Below are positions 50,201-62,019 of a stretch of 64,000 bases of DNA, piece after piece. The translations under genes and the position numbers were made by a program. Source of the DNA: Lama glama (Eukaryota); contig CM052817.1 of the NCBI GenBank assembly GCA_028534125.1, positions 3,970,001-4,034,000 on the forward strand. The letters run 5' to 3'. Every line of letters starts with the position of its first letter. The first letter of the stretch is position 1. The notes beneath the pieces are model-generated. The model was not told where the DNA came from, did not search any database, and saw only the letters and a program-made list of their open reading frames with translations.

Positions 50201-51423
50201 GAGAGAAGACAAAATGGTTCAGTTTCAAGTGCACAAAAGCACTGGGTCAGGCTTGAGTCCTGACTCTGCCCTCAGAAGCTGTGCTGCTTGGGCATTTCTT
50301 TGTTTTATTCAGGCACACAGAGTCAACTAAGGAGCACCTACTGTGTGCCCGGGGGCCTAAGAGTGCAAATCCCCATAATATTTGATGGGACATTTAGCCT
50401 CCCCGAGCCTCGTCATCCTCACCTGTGAAATGGGGCAACACCACCAGCCGTGAGGGTCATCTTGAGGGGAGGGGAAGAAGAACAGCGGCAAAGTCTAGCA
50501 GGACGCCCCACACACTGTTTCTGAATAAATATTATGTTCCATCTCTTTATCTCCTCCTTGCTGCACCTGACTGGCAGGTGATTAATTATCAACTTCTGAA
50601 GTTGTAAGAGGACAGCTTTTTTTTTTTTTAATGTCAGCAAAACTGACCTTTTTTCCAAGGTGGCTTTTAAAAACCATCCAGTGAGGATTTCCCAGGCTCC
50701 CTCTGTGTGCTCCTCACTGGGCACAGGCCCAGGCGAGCCGTTGCTGGGAGGTGATGGAAGCTTCTCAGAGGAGCTCATGTCTGGGGTGGACTCGGGCTCC
50801 TTGAATCTCAGTGTCCAGTGCAGGGAGATGCTCAGTTAGGGTGGCCGCTGTGGTCATTATTATTGGCCTAGACCCCTGGAGAGTGCCTTTACTGAGCTGG
50901 ACCAGGTGTGTGGCCCAAGGCCACTCTACTGTCACCAGTCTGATGTAGGAAGTGCTTGTCACACCCTCCCCCACCAGCAGGAAGTTCTAAGAAAAAACTG
51001 GAACCCACAACTTTCTTTATATTTAATGAATACTTAAGTAGCCTTGCTGTTTGCCAGGCACTAAATCATTTTCAGCTGTCAACTCATTTAATCCTCAGAA
51101 CAGTCCCTTGAGGCTCATTATCCCCATTTCCCAGATGACGAAATTGAGGCATCATGAATATTAAGTAACCCAGGTAAGTGGCAGAGCCACCAGGACAGAG
51201 GGCTGTTAGAAGAGTCCAGGTGGAGAAGAGACCCAAATTTGAAAATTTACAAGAATGGAGGTGGTTTGGGGAGAACCATAATTTGTGTGGAGCAGGGAGT
51301 GAGTAAGGAGGAGTGAATGCTAGGAGGAAGGTTGAAAGGGGCCGGGAGAAGGGAACCTCCTTCGTGCTCCTCCTTGCTGGATGCCAGCCTCGTACTGGGA
51401 GCATCACGGCATCAGCGCTAAGC

Positions 51424-51578
51424 CTTTTTCTTTTTTAAATCTTTTTCTCTCCTTTTCATTTTTGGATGGGGGAACTAGGTTTATTTATGTACTTATTTGA
51501 TAATAGAGGTACCTGGGATTGAATCCAGGACCTTGTGCATGCTAAGCACACAGTCTACCTCTGAGCTATACCCTCCCC
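51424..51578 (-). mobile_element. tRNA-derived SINE (camelid Vic-1-like)
   Basis: Minus strand GGGGAGGGTATAGCTCAGAGGTAGACTGTGTGCTTAGCATGCACAAGGTCCTGGATTCAATCCC. Confidence 0.85.
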
Positions 51579-51619
51579 TCCCCCAGCACTAATCTTCACA
51601 CCGGCACTGGAGGTAGGCA

Positions 51620-51785
51620 CAGAGGGCCGAGCTGGAATCCTGGCCCCACCACTTCCTGGCTGTGTGACTTGAGGCACCTTCCTTGCCCTCTCTGACCCTC
51701 AGTCTTTTCATCATTAAAATGGGAGTAATAATAGTCCCAACTCCACAGGGCCATTGTGAGGATGAAATAATCAGTGTACATGAAG
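51620..51785 (+). mobile_element. MIR SINE remnant
   Basis: gaatcctggccccaccacttcctggctgtgtgacttgaggc...ctcagtcttttcatcattaaaatgggagtaataatag. Confidence 0.75.
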
Positions 51786-52909
51786 GACTTTGGTCCTACA
51801 TAAGTGTTTCTGAAAAAGAGCGACTTGCCCAGACTCACTCAGCTGGTAAGTGGTCAGGCCAGGTTTCATCCTCACCTGTCCACACACCAGCCAGGATGGC
51901 CCTCTCCGTAGCCCCTTCCTTCCTGCCAGACACATTCCTACCACCACGCCACGCGGTGCCTGTCACCTGGCATGCCCCCCTCCATTAGCTTTTTGATATT
52001 TTGTCTTCCATCTAAATCTGGACTCAAATCCCAGAGCCCACCGGCAGGCGTGTGAGCTCTCTTCTCTCCCACACCGGATCTCCCTGTAGCAAACACCCCC
52101 AACTAGTCAGTCACTGCCGCTGCTCCCGAGCTGGGGTGGGGTCTCCTCCTTCGCAGTGGGTGGCTAGGGCACACCCGGAGCGGAGGGTTAATTAAATCAC
52201 GCAGCGAGGTTTGTAGAACACGGGATGCTTCATTAGGCCCTGTGTGAACAAGCAAACGCCCAGCTCGCTCCCAGCTCCGCGCAGGCTCGCGAACAGCTGT
52301 AATTACAGCTCACACGTGGCTTCAGCAGCTCAGTGAGGCTGCCAGGCGGGCTCCTGCCTTGGGGCCCCTTGGAAAGTGGTCCTGAGGCTGGGAAGCCCCA
52401 TTCTGAGCAGGAGTGTCTGTCTCTTGCTTGCCAACTTGCTAGTGGTGCAGAGCTGGGGCCCTCTGTTTAATTAAGGGCATCCAAGGGACACGTGCCAGGT
52501 TTAGGTGGCAACACACGGCTGGCTCCTCACCTAAACTCTGCTTCCTGGCAGGAGATTTCCCCAAGCTCTGAAACCAGAGAAGCCTTCAAGTGGAGGTGAC
52601 AATGGAGCTTTCCCCAAACAGCTGCCAAATGAAAGACAGGAAGGGCATGCCGGGTCCACCTGCTCCAAGCTAGTGGGCTGAGAGCTTGGCACCCAGTGGC
52701 CAGTTTTCTGGGAAGCTCACGGAGGCCATGTGGCATGGGGGCTTTGTGATGAGGGTTCTCTAGGATCCTCTTGGAACCCCAGAGACGAACAATGACATCT
52801 CTGGCTGGCTCTGGCCCCCTGAACTGGACCCAAGGCAGCCAGCCCTGGTCTGCCCCGCATCCTCCATCCTCCCCCCGTCCCCACTGACCTCCGCAACCTT
52901 TGCCCTTGG

Positions 52910-53065
52910 CGTTTCTCACTGTGTGACCCATAGACCTTTAGCAGACGCACTCAGGAGCTTATTTAAAATACAGATTCCCAGGCCCCACCCAGGCTTCCTG
53001 GGGCAAGACCGAGGAATCTGCATTCTTAACAGGCTCTGCTGTAATTGCCAGCATGCTCTGCTCTG
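52910..53065. mobile_element. MER5A-like hAT MITE
   Basis: ggagcttatttaaaatacagattcccaggccccaccc...gaatctgcattcttaacaggctc. Confidence 0.65.
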
Positions 53066-53068
53066 GAT

Positions 53069-53399
53069 TACAGTCATCCCTTGACATCCACGAGGGACTG
53101 GTTCCAGGACCCCTGAGGTCCGAACCCAGCTGATGCATGTGCTCAGGTCCCTTATGTGAAATGGCCTAGTACTTGCTTGTAACCTACGCACGTCCTCCCG
53201 TATACTTTCAGCATGTCTAGATCACTTGTAATACCTAATAACAGTGTAAATGCTGCCTCGTAAATACACTGTAAGTGTTACATAAATAGTTTCCGGGGTT
53301 GGGGGAGGGGAGTCACGTTTTGCTTCGGGGAACTTTCTGAAATTTTTTTTCAAAAAATTTGTTTTTGATCTGAGGATGCTCAACCACAGGGCCAGCTGT
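53069..53399 (+). mobile_element. MER2-like (Tigger-derived) element
   Basis: tacagtcatcccttg...ggactggttccaggacccc...taacctacgcacgtcctcccgtatacttt...tctagatcacttgtaatacctaata. Confidence 0.8.
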
Positions 53400-53844
53400 G
53401 TTTGTGGTTTTCATGGCTTCAGCTGCCAGTCCTGCAGCCCCAGGGATCCTTATGCTTCCTGAGCTCATCACTCACGACTGCTCAGGGTCCCCCTTGGGAG
53501 AGAACTGTGATTGGCTAAGCTCTCTGGGCAGCCTGGTGATTGGCTGCCTCTAAAGGAGGTTGTTCACCCCTTGATCCAGTCAGCTGAGGGCGGCATGGGG
53601 GTGTGGTCATATGGTAAAGAAGCTCCGCTGCTGTTGGAGCCAGTTGGGGGACAGGGATTAGGGGCAGTGGTAAGTCACCGCTGCTGTAAGTTGATCAATA
53701 TTGGACTTTTGGGGGGTCCTTTTACATCCCTTTGGGTCCTTAGTCTTTTCTGCCATTTAAGTTTTTTTTTAACCAACCTAATGGCACACACAATTTTTAA
53801 ATTCCCCAAATTACTAAATTTTCAGCAAAGTCTAAATGAACACT

Positions 53845-54160
53845 GAACAACTGAAATGTAATGGGAGCCACATGTGTAATTTTAAATTTTCTAGTAGCCG
53901 CATTACACAAGTAAAAAGATAAAAGTGCGATTTGTTTTAGTAAGTTACTTACGTATGCAAAGTATGACGCATATGTAATCAATGTAGACATTATTAATAA
54001 GCTATTCCACATTCTGTTTTCATATTAAATCTTTGAAATCAATGTGTATTTACGCTTAACACCACATCTCAGTTCAGACTGGCCACATTTCAGTGACTCA
54101 GTGGCCACATTTCAGTGACTCAGTGGCTATGTGTGACTGGCGGCCCCTGGACAGGGCAGT
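53845..54160 (+). mobile_element. MER33-like hAT element with an internal 22-bp tandem duplication
   Basis: aatgggagccacatgtgtaattttaaattttctagtagccgcatta...cacatctcagttcagactggccacatttca. Confidence 0.75.
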
Positions 54161-54418
54161 GCGGCTCTGAGTGAGGACCTTGCTTTACATCCTTTTGAAT
54201 GTATTTTTACCCACTTTCGAATAGTTCAGGGACTTTACAGCCCATTGCTTGAGTATTTGATTTTAAAATATTGGGTTTCTGGCAATAAGTGTTCATAAAA
54301 TCTGCTGGTTTTGGAGGGTTAGGTCCGTGCATCCTGACTGCCTGTGTCCTGTTTCTGCTGGGTCCTTGCTGCAGGCCATGTGGCAGCCCATCATTAATGT
54401 TCATTTCTGTTTAGTGAG

Positions 54419-54870
54419 TGTGTTTATTTTCTGGGGCTGCCATAACATACTGCCACAAACTCAGGGGCTTGCAACGCAGAAATGTATTTCTCATGGTTCC
54501 GCAGGCTGGAGGTCTGAGGTCATGGTGATGAGAGGGCTGTGTTCCTGCTGAGCCTCCAGGGAGGACACTTCCTTGCTTATTCCGGCTTCTGGAAGCTGCC
54601 CATATTTCTTGGCTTGTGGCCACATCGCTCCAGTCTCTGCCTCCCTTGTCACACGGCCCCTCCTCTTCTCGGTGTGTCTCTCATCTGTGTGTCTCTTGTA
54701 AGGATGCTTGTCAGAGGATTGAGGGTCCACTCCGGTAATCCCGGATGATCTCGTTTTGAATCCTTGACGTTATGACATCTGCAAAGACCTTTACAAGCAG
54801 GGTCACACGTACAGGCTCTGGGGGTTAGAATGTGGACACACCTTTTGCGGGGCCACCTTTCAACCCCCAC
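54419..54870 (-). mobile_element. MaLR LTR (MLT1C-like)
   Basis: ggggctgccataacatactgccacaaact...cttggcttgtggccacatcgctccagtctctgcctcc...acatctgcaaagacc. Confidence 0.85.
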
Positions 54871-57789
54871 GGTGAAACAGTGATGTGTGACAGTAAGAAT
54901 GAAGAAGCAAGGTGAGATCGCATTTTATTTTTCTAAGCTATGAAATGCACGCAGTAATAGTGGCTTATGGAAGGCCAGCTGTACTCGGCATCATTTCCCT
55001 GTAACAGGAAGTGCTGATCCAGCGCCTCTGGCCAGGGTTGGACGGGGGTTAGTTTGGTGAACAAGTATGTCAGATGCACTCAGGAAGGCAAATCGAAAGA
55101 CAGCAGAAAGGCAAGAATGTCTTAAATTGTTCAAAAGCAGATATGGTGATGCGTGTAAGAGGCTCTGAGTAGGACGAGGCTCAGCACCAGCACTTAATAA
55201 ATGCTGAATTCACCATCGTGAGTGTAATGATCACTGTTGTGTGTTTATATCCATATCATATACCTCTGTATTTTAATGAAGCTGGTCATAGATAAAAGAA
55301 GGGGAAAGAGCCACCCCCCGCCCCAGGAAAAGAAGACAAAGAATTGAGCTGAATCCCTAAGTCACCACCAAACGTGTTTTGATGGCAAAACCTTTCTTTA
55401 TGAGCTCTCGCAGCTCCTCCCCGATGCCGTTACCCCTGGTCAGGCTCGTTCACGGCTCGCTTTACATGCCCATCCTTCTTTTATATGATCATCAGGACGG
55501 CACTAATTTGGGTTTGCAAATGAGATTCTCTTGATGTTGTCATGTCAGCATCTGGACTCAAGACAGCTGCTTCCCAGAACCAGGCCCTCCGGTGCGGCCC
55601 GCGAGGAAGCCCAGCCCCTCCCCATTTCTAATCACCCCCAGGAGCCTGGGGGATTTGCTTATGGGCCCAGGAAGCCATAAACAGTAATGAAAGTGTTTGT
55701 ATTACTGCTGGCATAGGGTTGCCCTGGGGGTCCCTTCCCCACCATTAAATTCGGGGTCCTCCTTCTGTCTTTGAGCTCATTCATCCCTTCATCCCTCCAC
55801 CCATTCATTCGTTCGTTCATGTATTCATTCATTTGTTCAGAGAACCACTGTTGAGTGCCTGCTTAGAGCCACTTCGGAGTGCTGTGCGTCCCATTCCCCA
55901 CAGCAGGGCGGGAGGGGACGGCGCTGCAGTGGGAGGAGGTGAGAAGGGGTGTGTATGGGGGTGCCCTGACCAGGAGCCCCGTGGCTGTGGGAAATTCCTC
56001 CAACTCTTCTCTCTTGGCTTCCTCCTCTGTAAAAGTGAGAGGCTGGTATAACAGCGGCTGCCTTACTGAGTGGCCGCGAGAATTAGAGGACGTAACGGAT
56101 GTGAACGCACGTGCCGCCTAGTGACACAGGGCAGCGACAGCCGTAAGAAGCCCTAACACGTACTCGGGGCCACTCCTCTGAGCACTTTTCATCTGCTGGT
56201 GCGTCTCCTTCTCCCAGTAGCGCTGCTCTGCTACTGGTCCCCACGTGCCTGGGCTGCGCCCCGCCTGTCGGAATCTCCACTGCAGTTGGCCGGTGCCCGG
56301 AATCTACTTCGCTTTTCCGTACTCCCTGCCCTCCTGCCTGCTGGCAGACCCCTGCTTGCCGGGTGCTCCCGCTCCCCCAGGGAGCCTGGTGAACAGTGAT
56401 TCCTGGGCCCTTCCCCCGTCTCCTCCCAACTCAGAAAGGACATCCCTCCAAGTCCACGTTCCTCTGCCTCTAGGATGATGAGCCGGCCGCCTGGGTGCTT
56501 CGCAGTTGATGTTCCAAGTGTCCCACCAAACACAGGGGGGGAATGCACCTTGGATCTGCTAAGAGCTGTGCGGAGGGGCGAGGTCAGGGCCAGCCCCTCC
56601 CCGTGGGTCTCGGTGGCTCTGGTAAAACTGGGTGGAAGGAGCTACATGTAGCTGCTTTCCTGACTGTGGAAGAGTAAGTTCCCCGTGCATTTACTGGGCG
56701 CCTTCTGTGTGCCAGCTCCCTGCTGGGCCTGGGGAGCCTGGATGCACCGGAGGAACTTGACCTTCAGGGAGATCAAGGCACCGTCAGCCCGGCCTTGGAT
56801 AACGGAGCCCCCAAAACAGACCCCCAGGAGCTTTCCAGGGGCCCGTTACGGCGCCCAGCACGCTCCTACCAGCAATTTGACATCTCAGCTGGGTAGGGAA
56901 ATCCCTACCTGCCTCCTTCCAGGGACACTGGTTGTTCCAGTGGAGACAGACCCTGAGTGCCTCTGGGCGGAGCCGGGGGCCAGGGGCACCACAGGCGGCT
57001 TCCAGTCCCAGCTCCGCCACGGACGAGTTGCTTAGCCTGCCTGAGCTTCGGCCGCCGCGTCTGAGCGGTGGATGTGATTACCATGTACCTTGTAGGAGGT
57101 GTGGGAGGGTTCATGCGGTGACAGCTGAGTAACCTCAGTAACCATGGTGACCAGAGAGACGGCATCCAGGGATGCGGTGAGATTGACTTCTGGGAGGGCA
57201 GCAGCCGGCCAGGCCTCTCCTCTGGTATACAGCGGTGGTCTGTAATGGTCAGCTGACTGGAACCGAGTTGAAAGGGACGAGGAAGGGCAGGTTGGAAGGG
57301 AGCGCCTGTGAGAACTGGGTGGGGGCAGCTGCAGAGGCCAAAGCCCAGACCAGGGTCTGGGGGTGGGGGCACATGTGGTCTGGGAGTCCTCCTTGTGGGC
57401 ATGGGGGCCCAGCTCCCAGCGCGGGCGGCTCTGGCCTGACAGCTATCTGAACCCGGGCCAGCCCCTCCATACTCGGCGTCTCCCTTCCCCCATCTTTACA
57501 ATAGGAGCCGCAGTGCCAGCGGCCCCCACCCAAGGGTGCCATGAGAAACACATGGTGGGGGAGGGGGCATATCTGAGGATTAGGAACAAGGTGTATCCCC
57601 AAGAGGTGCAGTTTCCATTGCAGAAATCACAGACTCTGCTTTTCCTGGCTCGGTGACTCTCAGACAAAAGGGACTGATCTGGAGAGAGTCTGATGGGAGG
57701 TCCATCCCCCACCTCCCATCCTCTGTCTCCCCTCCCTTCCCTCCAACCCTGTTGGAATCACTTCTGTTTAGAATAAGTTGTGTCCCTAA

Positions 57790-57977
57790 TAGGGTTGCCA
57801 GACAAAAACAAAAAAACAAAAAAAAAAAGACAGGCTGCCCAATTAAATTTGATGTCAGGAAACAATTGTTTTTTAGGGTAAGTATGTCCCATACAATATT
57901 TGGGATCTGCTTATACTGAAAAATGATCATTTAAAATTTAAGTTTAACTGGGTGTCCTGACCTTTTCCGGCAACTCT
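57790..57977. mobile_element. MER53 palindromic MITE
   Basis: tagggttgccaga...caggctgcccaattaaatttga...taagtatgtccca...tgggatctgcttatact...tttaactgggtgtcctg...ggcaactct; self-complementary overall. Confidence 0.8.
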
Positions 57978-60749
57978 CGTCCCTGGGTACATTGGGAAGT
58001 TGTAGAGTTGCAGAATTTCTGGTTTCCTGATCCAGCTGCTACCACCCACTTTATAGACCAAGCACCAGAGCCAGGGTCAGACAGCAAGGTGGTGGCCAGT
58101 GGGGAGGGATCTGGGTCCCAGACTCCCACTCCAGTGTGACAGTGATGGAGGTGAAGTGGCAGAGTGTAGCCCCTCAAACAAGGGGTGGTTGTGTTTTTAA
58201 CCCCTCAGAACCAGAGGAGAAGGTTCCGAGCTGAGACAGCATCACCTGGTCCCTGAGGGTGACAGCAGTGGCTTCCAGGAACCGGGCCCCCAGAGCCTCA
58301 CCTGTGTTCAGGGTTTCCCATAAACTTCACATGCTTGCTAACACACTTGAGTTGTGATTTAAGTGCAATCTCATTTCTGCCTTTTTTCCTTTAATCAAAC
58401 ACAGCATTGGGGAGGAGGAGGGAGCATGGAGGAAGAGGAAGGACAGGAGTTATCTTTCTTGTCTCCAAACCATTTCCTGACGTGGGCTCTGCTCCGAGTT
58501 TCTGTCTCTGAGGCTCCAACCCCTCAGATGAACAGTCTGCCTGTTTAAGTGATGCAGGATTGCTCTGGGACCCCGCCTCTTTTTAATACCTTGCACTGAG
58601 AGCCACATCCCGGTGGATTTAATCATCCCACAGATGTGGGGACGCGCCTTCCTGCCGAGAGCGGTAATTGAAGTCCTCAAACCGCTCTGTGGTTCTAATT
58701 AGCCCACCGTGGCTCCTTCTGGCCCCAGTAGAATTTACAGCTCCTCCGCCTCCAGATTTACCAGCTGGTCCTAGAAGGTGTGAGTTAGGCAAAAGACAGC
58801 AGGAGGACACACGGATTTCCTTGACGGGCTGGTCTTTTTCAGAGGGTCATCGCAGGGCCTCGCAGAGGGGTGGCCTGTCTGCCTACCCTCTGCTCCATTC
58901 CACTGCCATCCTCCACGGGGTGGGCGCCCCAGCCATGCACACGCATTCCCCTTTCCACCTGCAACGCCTCCCCAACAGGAGTGGTCTGCTCCCGCTAATG
59001 TTACAGGTCTCAGCTCTGGTGCCTCCTCCTCCAGGAAGCCATCCCTGATCCCCTGGCGGGGCCCTCACAGTCCCCATGTCTCCATCCGTGGAAGTACTGG
59101 CCACACCATGTGGTGCTTGCTTATATCTCTGACTCCCCCTCGAGACTGGGAGCTCCTAAGGGCAAGGGCATCCGTGTCTGATTCACCCTTGGCCCAGTGT
59201 TGTGGCCCAGCACAATCTGCTGAAATGGAAGGAAGGAAAAAGGAGACAAAGAAAAGGAGAGGAGAGAAAGCAGGACGGGAGGGAGGGCAGCAGCATTGTG
59301 CCCATTCTGCAGTGGGGAAGACTGAGAACATGCAACCAGGAAGTGGCCGAGCCAGGCACTCCACCTGTTGGCTTATCATGCTTTCCATCTTGAGTCTAAA
59401 GTAGCAAAGAGGAGTTTCTTGCTGATTTTGAGAAACAGGAATGGCTTTGATGAGGAGCCATGGGTAAAGTGGCACGTGCAGAGGGCTTGAAGTGAGGCGG
59501 GTGTGGGTGCAAAGCCCCACCGCACCTGCCGCAGGACCTCAGGCGGGCATTTCAGCCTTCCAGTGTGGTCCCCTCATCCTTAAAGTGGAGGCCGTAAGCC
59601 TCCCCTCCCTGGTTGCGGAGTGGACCAGACAGGATACAAGCAGGGAAATCGCTTCCCCTGTGTCACCATTTACCCTCCAGCAGTCTGGTGAGCCACTTGA
59701 CACCCTCCATATCGTTAATCCCAATGTATAGGGGAGGCCACCAAGGCACAGAGAGATTAAGTAACTAGCCCCAGATCACACAGCTGGTGAGTGTCAGGGC
59801 CAGGACTGCAATGTGACCTAGGCATGTGGGAGGTACTTAAGTGGCAGCCATTACTGCCGTCATCCCCGGCACCTTCAGCATCGTCATCCCCCACCGGGAC
59901 GCCCCCTTGTAGAGTCTGCCGTTTGAGCTTGTGACTTTCCTCTGTGAGTTTACCACAAGGGCACTTGCAGCTGATCTCTGGTCACCACTCCATAGTTGTG
60001 GCCCCTGGAGCACCTGGCTGAAGTCATGATGTTGGAGGGCTGTTGGGCTCACCATCCTGCAGAGGGAAGTGGGGGCCTCAAGGCCACCTCCAAGGGGATC
60101 TCAGGCCAGGAAGTACCAGAGCTTCGGGCTTGGCGTGTGTTGGGCCCAAGCTGCTGTTCCATGCTTTGGCCTTGCCCTTGGTCTCTGGGAGGCCGGATAG
60201 CTGCATCTTCCCATCCATAAGGGGTCTGGGATCAGAGGTCCGAGGTTTATGAAGATCACCATCCTAGCCACTGCATGAAAAAACTTACGAGATAAGCACG
60301 TGTAAAAGTATTTACAACAAACACAGAGGTGAGGGAGACCGTCTGAGGCGGCTCCTGGAGGAGCTCAGAAACAGCATTCGTCAAGCATTGCCGCAGTGTC
60401 GCTTGTGGGGCTGCTCTGTAAAGCACCCTCACTGTCAAGAGTTTGAGAGATGGAGAGAAAAGTCTTCACCCCGATCGGATTTTTCTAGAAGGGCAGGCAA
60501 GCTGACTAATTTCTAAAATGGTTAATAAACCAGATGTTGAATACACTTTTGGACTTGTTCTCACGGTGCAGAAGTTGTCTCTGTGATGACAGTGGTGCCT
60601 TTGCCCAGTTACTGATTTTCGTACCGACTGTGAGCCATTTGGCCAAAATGCGTTGGACACACCGCTAGTTTTGACAGAGTGTCTATGTGAGTTGAGACCC
60701 TTTCTCCCCTTGTGACATTCTCTGGGTCCCTCCCTGCTCAGCCTCCCTC

Positions 60750-61181
60750 CCACACAACTTGACCTCTTAAAAAGCGATTTCGGATCCCAAAGAGCTTCTA
60801 TGTATGTGGGCTGTATCCATCAATATTTACTGTATTAGAAATGAAAACTGAAACATTGAAGGATACTCATATATTAATTCATTTAACAATAGAAATAACA
60901 AACCCATTACATGTTAACATAAATAATTTTTTTTCTGAGAAACAACTACGTTTTCCAAACCAAAAAATATAGTGAAAGGGGTGGCGTTTCTGTAAATCCC
61001 TTTAATGTCTGGCTTCAGAGATGACAGCTGGATTCTTACATCAACTTTTGCATTCAGTCTGTTGTGATATTTTGTTTGGCTGAAATGAGGTCCAACATTC
61101 AGCCTCACACAGATACGTAGCTGGAAAAGGAAGAACCCAGTGAATGCCCAGGGGTCCTTGGACCGCATCTAAGAACTGCTG
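60750..61181. mobile_element. hAT-Charlie (Charlie1-like) DNA transposon fragment
   Basis: cccaaagagcttctatgtatgtgggctgtatccatcaatatttactgtattagaaatgaaaactga ... ggaccgcatctaagaactgctg. Confidence 0.65.
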
Positions 61182-62019
61182 GTTTAGGTGGTCAGTGAAC
61201 TCAAGATGAAGGCAGAGAGAAAGCATGTGACCCGCAGGTCACTTCCTGCCTTGATAAGGAAACTCAGGATCTTAGAGCTCTGATGGCGTCCAGCCTGGAG
61301 ACAGACCAAGAGAGAAGTACCAGCTGTGACCGACTTCACTTCAGGCTCCCAACCAAGACCCTTTGGCTCAACTGTCCCCAGTGGTTTTATCCAGCTGCAG
61401 ACTTCTGTCATCCAGCTGGACTGGACGTTTCTGGAAAAAGCCTGCATTTGACCTCATATCAGCTGCCCGCTGGTTTTCAAGCTGCACTGCTCTGTTGCCC
61501 ACCCCATCCCTTAATGCCACCTCAACCTGGTCCTCACTGCCTTTTCCCACTGTCCCAAGCCTCAGCATCTGAGAGTGTCCTGGAAAGGGCTTTGTCCGTG
61601 GAGGAGGGAGGACCGACCTGGGCTTCTCCCAGGGTCAGCTCAGGCTGCCCACGCTGACTTCCGGCTTCCCATCGGCCACTGACAACCTTCCTGGGAAGGC
61701 AGGGCGATTATTCATTCATTCAACATGCAATTAATGAGATCCTGCCACGTGCCTGGCACAACACATTTCTCATGCCCGGGCCAGGGTGGCTCAGACCTCC
61801 TTGGACAGATCGAGATGAATTAGCAGCTTGATAAATATGAACGATCTCAGTTGATGAAAAATGCACCAAATGATTGTTTCCCTTCATGTAATTACTCGGG
61901 TGGTCGGCTGGCCCAGGTGCCTTTAGGGGGTTAAATCAGCAGTTTGCTGGAGCCTTCAGAAGCAGGTGGGAGGCTGCCTCTGCTCTTTTCCCTTTTCCCC
62001 CTTCACTGCAAAGACTTTT

